Source: a virus
Strand: one strand, 5' to 3'
Length of the DNA: 64,000 bases
Virus record (IMG/VR): IMGVR_UViG_3300009285_016375
Coordinates: 1 to 64,000 of that record
Shown piece by piece: positions 16,209-25,413 of this stretch (position 1 is its first letter; each line of letters begins with the position of its first letter). Made by a program: the position numbers and the translations under genes. Below the pieces are notes generated by a model, which worked only from the letters and a program-made list of their open reading frames with translations, did not search any database and was not told the origin of the DNA.

Positions 16209-16568
16209 CTAAGGTGTTTGGGAAATGGCCGGCGGATAGTTCGGTTTGACAGCCGCGCTCGGCGAGCCCTGCCATTTCACCCAGAGGCCGGCGGCGCCGA
16301 AGAGCAGGGAAAGACAGGTGGCAATGACGGCCGCCTCGCGGCGGATGCCTGTGATTCTCTCTTCGTTGATCTTGCACAGGGTCGTGCCTTGGTCGCGCAG
16401 CCCCGCCAAGTCCTTCTGAATACCGCCTAAAGCCGAGTCGATAGAGTCCAGGCGGCGGTTCAGTTCCGTTGAGTGCGCGGAACAAAACACATCGCGATGG
16501 GCGCGCAGCGCCTCCTGAAAGGCCAGGCTCAGTTCTTCATTGAGCTGGGCGCTCATTGGTTGGTCCAC
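16209..16568 (-). CDS. coiled-coil protein with C-terminal TM helix (lysis module)
   Basis: Heptad pattern followed by VIATCLSLLFGAAGLWV. Confidence 0.55.
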   Translation of the reverse strand: MDQPMSAQLNEELSLAFQEALRAHRDVFCSAHSTELNRRLDSIDSALGGIQKDLAGLRDQGTTLCKINEERITGIRREAAVIATCLSLLFGAAGLWVKWQGSPSAAVKPNYPPAISQTP

Positions 16569-17881
16569 CGAATCAGATCCCCTGGCAGGGTGCGGTTGCC
16601 CGACGCGTCCACCGCGCCGGCCCCGTATGAGTGCATGCGCTGGCCCCAGGGGCCGTCCAGCGCGAGCCAGTTGTCTCGGGCCTGGATGTGCGCGACGTTG
16701 TGCACCTCAAATACAAAGCCGGTCGCCGCCGAAGTGTTGGTGGGCGGCTGTGACCACCCGACAAAGTTCCTGGTGAATTCCAGGTGCTGCACGGGCTCCC
16801 GCGCCCACAGGTAAACGCCATGCGGGGGATAGCGCCCCGGCCCGCGTGGCGCCAGCAAAAACACGTTGTCCTCGAGCACGGCGCGGCCCAGGGTAGCCTG
16901 GTGTGAGTGGGCCGAGCCTCCGAGCACCCACTGCACGGCATTGGCCGCGTTCACGAACCGATTCCGGCGCAGGGACACGGACTCGGTGCGCCAGGAATCC
17001 ACATAGAACCCGAAATCGCAGTTGATGGAAACACAGTCTTCGACGGCCGCGTCTTTGCAACCGAGGGCCGCGAAGGCTTTGGTGGGCGGGTACGTCGAGC
17101 CATCGACCCGGCAGCGAGCGATGACAGCGTCGGTGGCCTGGCGCATGAGGCCATACGACCAGCTCGCGCCCACGAGGATAGCGCAGATGCCCGCCCGGTC
17201 GTCCGTGCGCGGGTCGCACTGTTCGACGACACAATCCTCGATGCGCAGCCCGGTGACATTGGAGCGGGTAATCGGGCAGCCGGCCACCAGCAAAAACGCT
17301 TCGGCGTTGGTCCGGGTGCCGCCATGGATGACGCGGACGCGGCGAATCGCGGCGTAGTCGCCCGACACGGCCACCGCGCAGGTGGAGACCGGGCGCGCCT
17401 CTGGACTAACGGCCAGGTCCACAGTCAAATCCGAGACGATGACAGAGTCGCCCGGGAGGTCTGTCAGCGTGGCCACGGCGATTCGGCCCGGGGCCGGATT
17501 GGGTTGGGGGCGGGCTTCCGGCGTGAGGGCTAAAACGGTTCGGTCCATGCCCTGCCCGATCAAACGCGCCCCTTTGGGCAAATGCCACTCGAGGGGGTGG
17601 CGCCACCATGATTCGCGGTGCCCCCCGCCATACGTGATGAAGGTGGTGGTGCCCACGGCGTTGGTGCCCAGGTAAATGGTCGTGTGTTCCCGCAGCCGCT
17701 TCAGCAGCAAGGCGTCCAACTCGTCCGCAGACGACACCAGAAACGGATCCGCTTTGTAGCCGCCGCCTGTCTTGTGCGTGGCGTTGGTGACCCAATGCAC
17801 GTAGTGGGTGTTGCGCGGGGCCGGCAGGGGGCCCTTGGGGGCCGCCGCGGTCAAGGCGAGCAAGGCAAAAAGTAAACTCAT
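16553..17881 (-). CDS. right-handed beta-helix (pectin-lyase-like) protein with signal peptide
   Basis: LPKGARLIGQGMDRTVL, IEDCVVE, VEDCVSINCDFGFY repeats; N-terminal MSLLFALLALTAAA. Confidence 0.7.
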   Translation of the reverse strand: MSLLFALLALTAAAPKGPLPAPRNTHYVHWVTNATHKTGGGYKADPFLVSSADELDALLLKRLREHTTIYLGTNAVGTTTFITYGGGHRESWWRHPLEWHLPKGARLIGQGMDRTVLALTPEARPQPNPAPGRIAVATLTDLPGDSVIVSDLTVDLAVSPEARPVSTCAVAVSGDYAAIRRVRVIHGGTRTNAEAFLLVAGCPITRSNVTGLRIEDCVVEQCDPRTDDRAGICAILVGASWSYGLMRQATDAVIARCRVDGSTYPPTKAFAALGCKDAAVEDCVSINCDFGFYVDSWRTESVSLRRNRFVNAANAVQWVLGGSAHSHQATLGRAVLEDNVFLLAPRGPGRYPPHGVYLWAREPVQHLEFTRNFVGWSQPPTNTSAATGFVFEVHNVAHIQARDNWLALDGPWGQRMHSYGAGAVDASGNRTLPGDLIRWTNQ

Positions 17882-17908
17882 GGGTAATGGGATGAGGAGT
17901 AGGGCATA

Positions 17909-18304
17909 TCACTGCGTCTGCCGATAGATGCGGGCGCGCTGGGCCGCGTCCGCCTGAAGGTAGCGGCGTCGCACTTCCTCGGCCAGATAGCGCTCGGATT
18001 TCTCGGCATAACCCGCCAGCGCGGCCTCGGCGATGCTCTCGACGTAATCGCGGAACGTCTGTGCCGAGACAGGGGGGCTGGCGTTGGTGCGCGAGATGTT
18101 GCGGGCCTCCCAGGCGCTGCGCAGCCGCTGGAAGTTGACCAACTCAGTGGTCAGCGTCAGTGGCAACGTGGCCGTGATATTGGTCGTGTAATTGGTGGAC
18201 CCAAAGCCGTTGGTGCTCACGATGGCCGTGACGTTGGTTTGCCAAGAGATCTGAGCCAAACAGGCCAGGGGCGCGAATAGAATCAGGACAAGGTATTTTT
18301 TCAT
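17909..18304 (-). CDS. hypothetical protein with signal peptide
   Basis: MKKYLVLILFAPLACLA/Q. Confidence 0.65.
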   Translation of the reverse strand: MKKYLVLILFAPLACLAQISWQTNVTAIVSTNGFGSTNYTTNITATLPLTLTTELVNFQRLRSAWEARNISRTNASPPVSAQTFRDYVESIAEAALAGYAEKSERYLAEEVRRRYLQADAAQRARIYRQTQ

Positions 18305-21300
18305 GGTGCTAACACTTTCATTGCTGTGGTTGAGCCATCGAGGCTATAGAGTGTGACCAAATTCCCGTTGCTATTGACCAACCAAAATCCGCCGGCGCCC
18401 AGCATAGCCGCCGTGGGCAGGAACGTGTTGGATGGGTAATAGGTGCCGGATTGAAATTTGGCGCTCCCGTTGGTGGTGATAGTAGCCACAGCGTTATTGC
18501 CGGGAGAACTCAGTTGGAACAGGGTAGCCGCGCTGTTGCTGACCGACAGCGGGGCCAGGGGGGCCGTCGTCCCGATGCCGACGTTTCCATTAGTCACCAG
18601 CACTCCGCCGGCGAAGGTCCAGTTGGTTCCATCATCCCGCAATCGGATGGTGCCGTTGCCGTCGGCTAGAATGATGTTGTTCGACACACCGCTTGAGACC
18701 GTCGTGTTGGCCCCCAGAATGGTGTTGCCAGAGCCGTGGGCCAAACCTTTGCCCGACCAATAACCCAAAGCAGTGTTGTTGGCGCCCGTGGTGATGTCGT
18801 ACAAAGCCAGGGATCCAATGGCGACATTCCAGTTGCCGCTATAACTCAGATGGAGCGCATCAGTGCCGACCGCGACGTTATAGATGCCATTGGTGTTCTG
18901 AAACATCGTGTCCGCCCCGACGGCCGTGTTTAGCAGGCCGCTGATATTATTGAGCAATGTGTTTTGCCCGACAGCGGTGTTATTGTGACCAGTGGCGTTA
19001 TACCGTAACGCCCAGTTTCCCAGCCCGGTATTGGACACGGCTGCCGGTGAGCCATTGCTGGCGCCATCGGAGCTCCCGGCTCGATAGCCGACATAGAGGT
19101 TTGCCGAGCCAGCATCGTTAATCCCAGCATGGTAGCCCAGGTAGAAATTGTAGGACGCATCATCGAATGTGAGGTAGTCCGTCCCAGCCAAATTGGTCAG
19201 CGTGGCGCTGGCCGGCTGAAACTCGGCTGTGTTGGCGGCGATGACCACGTTGGTGCTCGAATCGTCCAGCGTTATGCCGCTGCCCGCGCTCAGCGATTTC
19301 AGCGTGCGGTTCTGCTGGAGCGGCACGTTCAGCGCCTCGGCGTTCGTCAGCGTGATTTCCGCCAGCGTCACCAAGCGGTTGGCGTCGGAGACGGGTTCCT
19401 CCCAGAGCACGTAATTGGTTTGCCCGAGGTAAAACCGCAGGCCGGGGCCGTATTCCCCGTCGTAGATCGCCTCGATGCGATTGGTCTGGCTGCCCTGGTC
19501 CGGGTCGGATGACTGAAAATCGACATAGTTGGTGATGATCGGCCCAACCAGCCGCTTGTTGCTCAGGTCTTCAACGCTGGCGATGCGACTTATGGGGTTG
19601 GCTCCACCCAGCGTGGGGCCATTGGTGTCCCAGAGGTTGTTGCCGGGCCGGATCACGACCCCGTGCGCTGCGGTCAGAGTGATCTCCTCCTCCACACCCG
19701 CAAACGATTCCCCCTCGAAGACGAGGGTGCCGCTGCTGATCGACGTGACGCGTTTTAAGCCGTTATTACTCGCTTGCGATGAACCGGCCACCCACACAAA
19801 GGTTGCGTTGGTGAACACGACCAGATCGTTGGTGCTGGTATTGTCCACAATGCTATCCCCCAGGAACTCCAGATAGCCCGAGAGCGTGGCGGCCGTGGTG
19901 TTCGTGCGCCCGGCGACCACCGTAAAGGCGTGGGTGTTGGCGTCGGAGGCGAGGTCGAACGCGGTCACTCCGCCCACGTACGCAATGGCGGGACTACCAC
20001 CGGACGATGAGTACAGCGACAAATTGGTAGCCACGCCACTGAGTCGCGAGACCCGCGCGTTACCTACACCATCCACGTAGGCCGTGCTGGCAAACGCGTT
20101 TGTGGACAGGGTCGCCCAGTTTGTCAGGTTCGCCGCCGCCGGCTGATAGGAATTGGTCCAGGGCGCGTTGGTGATGGCCCCCGTTCCGGCCAGGTTCGTC
20201 AGCCAGGTGGCCCCCAATTGATACGAGTTCGTCCAGGGCGCGTTGGTGATCGCCCCCGTTCCCGCCAGGTTGGTGAGGGTGGCGCTGGCCGGCTGAAAGG
20301 CGCCGCCTGTTTCGGTAGCATCTGTGCCCCAGCCCAGGTTGCCGCTGCCGTCGTTGGTTAAAATAGAGGCGGCCCCACCCTGGCCGCTGGGCCAATGGTA
20401 GGACACCCCGCGAATGGTAGTGTTGCTGCCGGAAAGAGTGAGGGCCTGCGCGCTGAGCAAACCATTGCTGCTGATGGTCAGCGCCGCGGGCACGCCGGGC
20501 GAACTCAATTGGAACAGGGTCGCAGCGCTGTTGCTGACCGACAGCGGGGCCAGGGGGGCCGTCGTCCCGATGCCGACGTTGCCTTGTTTAAAAGTCAACA
20601 CATTATACCTTACCCCATTTATGTTTTGTGAAAAGTCATATTGTATGTGATCGCCAGCTGGACGGTTTTGGGTTAGGGTCAAATCATATAAACTGTTTAA
20701 TGACCATTTTTGAGAAGTAGTAGTAGCGCCGTCATCGGTAGTTTTGTAAATATCTAACAACGCCCCCGGCGCTGTCGTCCCGATGCCGACGTTGCCGTTG
20801 GTGGCGACGATGACGGGATTGCCTGCACTGCTCAGCACACGGAACGTATCCGTGGAGGTTGCTCCCTGAAACCTGACGCCGCCCAACACGTCCAGCTCTT
20901 CCACGGGAGTCATGTTTACTCCCAGGTTACCGGCGTTGACCATTGCGTCGCCGTGGACGTGGAGAGTCTCGGATGGCGCATTAGTTCCGATGCCGACGTT
21001 GTAACCGAAGGTGGCATCGCCCGTGGTGCGGTTTATAACGAGATTGGATCCGACCAGGGTGCCGCCCGTGTTGACGACAAAATGCCCATCGTCGGCGCGC
21101 AAGCCCAGGCTCCATTGGCCGGTGCCATCATTGTCGAACGTGATCCGGTTGTCGGTGCCCGAAGGTTGCACTATCGAGACGCCGTTAGACCCGGTCGCAG
21201 TGTAGCCGGCTTCGTTGCCGAACGTCCCGGTGGCGACGGCCACCGAGGCCGCATCCGCCAGATTCGTGAGCGCAGCATGCGCCGGCTGAAAGGAAGCCGC

Positions 21301-22647
21301 GTTGGTAATGGCCCCCGTCCCCGCCAGGTTCGTCAGCCAGGTGGCCCCCAATTGATACGAGTTCGTCCAGGGCGCGTTGGTGATGGCCCCCGTTCCGGCC
21401 AGGTTGGTGAGGGTGGCGCTGGCCGGCTGAAACTCGGCTGTGTTGGCGGCGATGACCACGTTGGTGCTCGAATCGTCCAGCGTTATGCCGCTGCCCGCGC
21501 TCAGCGATTTCAGCGTGCGGTTCTGCTGGAGCGGCACGTTCAGCGCCTCGGCGTTCGTCAGCGTGATTTCCGCCAGCGTCACCAAGCGGTTGGCGTCGGA
21601 GACGGGTTCCTCCCAGAGCACGTAATTGGTTTGCCCGAGGTAAAACCGCAGGCCGGGGCCGTATTCCCCGTCGTAGATCGCCTCGATGCGATTGGTCTGG
21701 CTGCCCTGGTCCGGGTCGGATGACTGGAACTCGATGTAGTTGGTGATGGTGGGGCGGTCCAGAACCTTATGGGTCAGCGTGGCGGCGTTGGTTTGGCGCA
21801 CGACGGAGTTGGGGCCGGTCAGCAGGCGGCCGTTGACATCATAGATGTCATTGCCGGGCTTGACGATCAGGCCTTGGGCGGCGGTGATGGTGAGCAGCAC
21901 GCCTGACTCTTCGGCCAGGACCTGACCGCCGCCGAGGTAGAGTTCAGCGGTGGTGGCCAGCACGACTTCCTTGAGGCCGTTGTTGGTGGCAAAGCTGGAG
22001 CCGGAAATCCAGACGTAGCTGGCGTTGGTGAACACCGACAGGTTGTTGGTGCCGGTGTTGTCCTGAACGATGTCCCCGAGGGTGAGATCGAGTGTGCCGG
22101 TCAAGGTGGGGGGCGCGCTCTGGCCGCCGACGGCTGCGGTAAAAGCGTGCGTGGTGGCGTTGCTGGAGACCTCGAACAGGGTTTTGTCGCCCAAGGTGGC
22201 TTTGATCGAGCTTTTGTTGAGGGGACTATTGAGAATGCGGAGTTCATCCGTGACCCAGAGCTGCGGTATAAACACGCCCTCCACACTGGTGTCGTTGGAA
22301 ACATCAATCAAGCCGACGCCATTGTTGTCGTCGTAGCGGAGGCGCAGGTAGTGGGTGGGGTTGAGGGCGGAGAGCGCCCGGATTTCATTGGTGGCGATGA
22401 GGGTGCCGGCGGTGGCGGTATTGGTGACGAAGAGTCCGGCAAAGTTGGTGCCGGTGAGGGTGGTGATGGCGTTCGTCCAGCGGCCGGACGCGGCGTGATA
22501 GATCAAGGCCTGGCCGTCGGCCGGGCTGGCGAGGCGCACGTCTTGCAGTTGCCGGAGCAAGGGCGGAGCGCTGGCGGCCCCGAGGAGGAGCAGCAAGGCC
22601 AGGACAGCCCACGAGGCACGCCGGAAAGCGGGAGAGGTTGGTTTCAT
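18301..22647 (-). CDS. long repetitive fibre/adhesin-like protein
   Basis: LQDV....PADGQALIY...GRWTN, several GNVGIGTTAP repeats, NTAVG..AL trimeric-adhesin-like repeats and internal duplications. The start is moved to the ATG at 22647. Confidence 0.8.
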   Translation of the reverse strand: MKPTSPAFRRASWAVLALLLLLGAASAPPLLRQLQDVRLASPADGQALIYHAASGRWTNAITTLTGTNFAGLFVTNTATAGTLIATNEIRALSALNPTHYLRLRYDDNNGVGLIDVSNDTSVEGVFIPQLWVTDELRILNSPLNKSSIKATLGDKTLFEVSSNATTHAFTAAVGGQSAPPTLTGTLDLTLGDIVQDNTGTNNLSVFTNASYVWISGSSFATNNGLKEVVLATTAELYLGGGQVLAEESGVLLTITAAQGLIVKPGNDIYDVNGRLLTGPNSVVRQTNAATLTHKVLDRPTITNYIEFQSSDPDQGSQTNRIEAIYDGEYGPGLRFYLGQTNYVLWEEPVSDANRLVTLAEITLTNAEALNVPLQQNRTLKSLSAGSGITLDDSSTNVVIAANTAEFQPASATLTNLAGTGAITNAPWTNSYQLGATWLTNLAGTGAITNAASFQPAHAALTNLADAASVAVATGTFGNEAGYTATGSNGVSIVQPSGTDNRITFDNDGTGQWSLGLRADDGHFVVNTGGTLVGSNLVINRTTGDATFGYNVGIGTNAPSETLHVHGDAMVNAGNLGVNMTPVEELDVLGGVRFQGATSTDTFRVLSSAGNPVIVATNGNVGIGTTAPGALLDIYKTTDDGATTTSQKWSLNSLYDLTLTQNRPAGDHIQYDFSQNINGVRYNVLTFKQGNVGIGTTAPLAPLSVSNSAATLFQLSSPGVPAALTISSNGLLSAQALTLSGSNTTIRGVSYHWPSGQGGAASILTNDGSGNLGWGTDATETGGAFQPASATLTNLAGTGAITNAPWTNSYQLGATWLTNLAGTGAITNAPWTNSYQPAAANLTNWATLSTNAFASTAYVDGVGNARVSRLSGVATNLSLYSSSGGSPAIAYVGGVTAFDLASDANTHAFTVVAGRTNTTAATLSGYLEFLGDSIVDNTSTNDLVVFTNATFVWVAGSSQASNNGLKRVTSISSGTLVFEGESFAGVEEEITLTAAHGVVIRPGNNLWDTNGPTLGGANPISRIASVEDLSNKRLVGPIITNYVDFQSSDPDQGSQTNRIEAIYDGEYGPGLRFYLGQTNYVLWEEPVSDANRLVTLAEITLTNAEALNVPLQQNRTLKSLSAGSGITLDDSSTNVVIAANTAEFQPASATLTNLAGTDYLTFDDASYNFYLGYHAGINDAGSANLYVGYRAGSSDGASNGSPAAVSNTGLGNWALRYNATGHNNTAVGQNTLLNNISGLLNTAVGADTMFQNTNGIYNVAVGTDALHLSYSGNWNVAIGSLALYDITTGANNTALGYWSGKGLAHGSGNTILGANTTVSSGVSNNIILADGNGTIRLRDDGTNWTFAGGVLVTNGNVGIGTTAPLAPLSVSNSAATLFQLSSPGNNAVATITTNGSAKFQSGTYYPSNTFLPTAAMLGAGGFWLVNSNGNLVTLYSLDGSTTAMKVLAP
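19202..19515. repeat. 314-bp direct repeat, copy 1
   Basis: Appears identical by eye to 21413-21726. Confidence 0.9.
21413..21726. repeat. 314-bp direct repeat, copy 2
   Basis: Appears identical by eye to 19202-19515. Confidence 0.9.
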
Positions 22648-22648
22648 G

Positions 22649-23503
22649 CTAGTTGTAGAGGTGCACCAGAAGGCCGTCGGCGTTGTTGCCGGTTTCGAGA
22701 TACCAGTTGGCCAGGTTGTCGCGGCGGGCTTCCGAGATGCCCACGGTATAAGGGCCGGCGCCGGCCAGCACTTTGATGGGCTGCGCGTTCGAGCCCGCCG
22801 TTGGCCCGACGTAGGCATCGGCGACGTTGTCCGTTTGGGCGGCTTTCAGGCCGTAGAAAGCGGCTTCGCGGAACTGGAGATGGGCGGTGACGGTGGCGTT
22901 GCGGGTGTAGTTTTCCAGGGTAACAATGGTGTCGCCAACCCCGGCGGTGATGAGATCAATGGCGGTGCCCGCAATGGCATTGGCGAAACTGGAGGCCAAT
23001 TTGAGTTCGGTAGTGGACTCGATGATGAGGTAGTAGGTGGTGTCTTCGGCCAGGCCGGTGGGCAGGCTGCCCCCATCTGCGGCCACCGTGCAGGCTTGGC
23101 CTGTGACCCAGTTGGATGGAATGGTGCCATCCGTAATGGTGAGAATTTCGCTGGTCTCGTCGGCCGAAAAGTTGTCAGACGCCGCGAGCAGGGCAATGGT
23201 GCCTTTCGGGGCAATCGTCAAATAATCGCTTTCCACGGCCAGGATGACGGCTTCAAAATCTGCCACCGGGGCCAGGCCGTCGGTGATAGAGATGGTGAGG
23301 CGATCTCCGGCTACCAAGTCCGGGACGCTGCCGGAGTAATCGGCAAAGTTCAGCAGGGTGGCGTAGTCGTTGTTGTAAACCCAGTTGAGCAGGCAGGCAT
23401 AGGCCGTCAGGCCGGTGGTGCCGGCGCTGGCCAGCACGCGGGTAAACTGGCGGGGATGGTTCAGGCCGGAGAGGTCCGGGAAACTGGGGTCGCTAGGATT
23501 CAT
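22649..23503 (-). CDS. putative virion structural protein
   Basis: LPTGLAEDTTYY...TELKLASS..NAIAGTAIDL beta module, as seen in phage structural proteins. Confidence 0.6.
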   Translation of the reverse strand: MNPSDPSFPDLSGLNHPRQFTRVLASAGTTGLTAYACLLNWVYNNDYATLLNFADYSGSVPDLVAGDRLTISITDGLAPVADFEAVILAVESDYLTIAPKGTIALLAASDNFSADETSEILTITDGTIPSNWVTGQACTVAADGGSLPTGLAEDTTYYLIIESTTELKLASSFANAIAGTAIDLITAGVGDTIVTLENYTRNATVTAHLQFREAAFYGLKAAQTDNVADAYVGPTAGSNAQPIKVLAGAGPYTVGISEARRDNLANWYLETGNNADGLLVHLYN

Positions 23504-24011
23504 GGTTCAAAGTGTTTGCCTCTTTAAGGGTATTCTCAGAGGCCAGCGGGGCGGGTGGGAGGGGGTGAATGTTCTGTTGGACGTAGGCGACGTCCGCATG
23601 AATATCTGGGAGATTGGAGCGCGGGGTGCCTTTGGGGTTTTTGGAGTGGCCTTGAATCTCGGCCAGCTTAAGTTCCAGCTCGGCTAAAGCGACGTGGGAG
23701 CGGATGGCTTCGTTGAGGGCTGCGGCCCAAGCCAGGTAGTCAGCGGGCTGTTCTCCCGCTCTGGCCAGACGCTGGGAAAGATCGCGCAGCAGCCAGGCGA
23801 TGCGATCATGGGCGTCCAGGGTTTCGGTGGCGATAAAGCCGCGGAAGTTACGGGTGACAAAGGAGCCGAGCAGGCTTTTGCCCTTGAACTTTTCCAGGTC
23901 CAGGGTCACGCCGGCGGCCTTGGCCGCTTTGAGGACTTCTGCATCATCCCAGGTGACCAGCTCGGCCTTGGCGGCGTGGGCGGCGTCGATATGGGTGAAA
24001 TGGTTAGACAT
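23493..24011 (-). CDS. hypothetical helical protein (possible small terminase)
   Basis: Coupled ORF in the TerL-strand block; the function is a positional guess. Confidence 0.5.
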   Translation of the reverse strand: MSNHFTHIDAAHAAKAELVTWDDAEVLKAAKAAGVTLDLEKFKGKSLLGSFVTRNFRGFIATETLDAHDRIAWLLRDLSQRLARAGEQPADYLAWAAALNEAIRSHVALAELELKLAEIQGHSKNPKGTPRSNLPDIHADVAYVQQNIHPLPPAPLASENTLKEANTLNHES

Positions 24012-24369
24012 GGGCGGCGGGGGGGAAAGAGTTCAGAGCCGCGGGCCAGCCGATGTGGTTGGTTCCGGCGGTTTCGTCGTAGGCCCAGCAGTTGGCCGGG
24101 CCGGCGGCTTTGGTGGGCATGTGGCAGTGGCAGCCGAGCGAGCGCAGGCCGCGCCGCAACGGGGTGCCGCAGGTGGCCAGTGGGCGAAAGAAAATGGGGC
24201 AAACCCGACAGGACTGGAGCCGGGCGGCCGTCAATTGAGGATCGAGGCTGGCCCGGGAGCGGGCGTAAGCGGCCAGAAAGGCGCGCCCAGAGCGGGCGCA
24301 GCGGCCGGTGACACAGGCGTGCAGAGCGGCCAGGGAAACGGCGGCGAAGAACTGAAGGCAGCCCTTCAA
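24004..24369 (-). CDS. Cys-rich hypothetical protein
   Basis: RLQSCRVCP...CG...GCHC.MPTKA....C. Confidence 0.55.
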   Translation of the reverse strand: MKGCLQFFAAVSLAALHACVTGRCARSGRAFLAAYARSRASLDPQLTAARLQSCRVCPIFFRPLATCGTPLRRGLRSLGCHCHMPTKAAGPANCWAYDETAGTNHIGWPAALNSFPPAAHV

Positions 24370-24381
24370 GCGTTCCGAATG

Positions 24382-24410
24382 TTGACTAACCTGATCAAGT
24401 TACGCATGAT
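24382..24410 (+). promoter_or_regulatory. sigma70-like promoter with palindromic operator in the spacer
   Basis: TTGACT-N17-CATGAT; TAACCTGATCAAGTTA near-palindrome. Confidence 0.6.
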
Positions 24411-24420
24411 TAGAAACCTT

Positions 24421-25413
24421 ATGGAAAATGGCGCAGAAAGTCAATCGTGGCCGGTGCTGGTGCCGCCCCAGATGTCGCACAAGCGGCTGGTGGCGCGCGG
24501 GCAAAGCCGCGTGAACACGAGATTGATGATGGCCATGCTTGACCGGCCGGTGAGCGGGGTGCGGAAAAACTGGCGGCAGGCGGCGGTCTATTCTCGGGCC
24601 CAGCAGCCCACCGCGGAACAGGTGCGGGAACTGGTGATGTGGGCGCAGCAGGTGAAACAATGGAGCCTGGGCATGCTGTCGGTGATGACGGGCATTCCGC
24701 CCCGGCGCTTGGGCGAGATTCGGAAAGGCGCCGCCGCCACCCTGCTGGAAACGCGGGTGTTATGGCTCTACTGGATGCTGGATCAGGCGCCGCAACTGCT
24801 CTACGACCCGTGGCACCTGGCGACTTGGGGCCGGTATCACGGTTTGGATCTGCCGCGGCGCCGGAATTTTCAGGAGGCGCGGCGGGAAATGCTGGCTTTT
24901 TGCCTGGCGGAAAAGGAGACGGGCCGCCACCCGCACACGCCGATGGGTTTGGCCCGGCGCTTCAACATGTGCCTGGCGAGCGTGCGCCACGCGGCCAAAA
25001 AGGCCGGGCTGCGTTTGGCCGACGGGCGGGCGCGCAGCCACCAGATCAAGGCTGGCCGGCGGCCCGCGTTTCTGGACACGTGCAAACCCTATTTGTACAT
25101 GGACTGGCGCAAAACGTATGCGCAACTGATGAAGGAGTGGGGGGTGAGCCAGACGCAGTTGATAAAAGCGCGGCAGTTTTACCTCAAGCTGTCGATCGAG
25201 AAGCTGCGCGGGCATTTTACGGCGGTGGGCAACGATCCCAAGGTGGTGGACGGGATTTTTGCACCGCGCCGCGGGGGTTGGGGCGGCGGGCGGGTGTTGC
25301 TGTGGGAGTACCGGCACCAGCGGGCGGAAGCGGAAAAAGCGGAAGCGGAAAAGAGCGCCCCGCCCACTGAGTGCACCGGGACAGAGGCCCCCTCGGTCAC
25401 AGCGGCACCGTGA
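24421..25413 (+). CDS. putative DNA-binding regulator (multiple HTH-like segments)
   Basis: WSLGMLSVMTGIPPRRLGEIRKG, TPMGLARRFNMCLASVRHAA, TYAQLMKEWGVSQTQLIKAR; has its own promoter. Confidence 0.6.
   Translation: MENGAESQSWPVLVPPQMSHKRLVARGQSRVNTRLMMAMLDRPVSGVRKNWRQAAVYSRAQQPTAEQVRELVMWAQQVKQWSLGMLSVMTGIPPRRLGEIRKGAAATLLETRVLWLYWMLDQAPQLLYDPWHLATWGRYHGLDLPRRRNFQEARREMLAFCLAEKETGRHPHTPMGLARRFNMCLASVRHAAKKAGLRLADGRARSHQIKAGRRPAFLDTCKPYLYMDWRKTYAQLMKEWGVSQTQLIKARQFYLKLSIEKLRGHFTAVGNDPKVVDGIFAPRRGGWGGGRVLLWEYRHQRAEAEKAEAEKSAPPTECTGTEAPSVTAAP

Noticed and set aside
19202-21726. Diversity-generating retroelement TR/VR pair
   Set aside because: The copies look identical rather than differing at adenines, both are in frame within one gene, and there is no reverse transcriptase.
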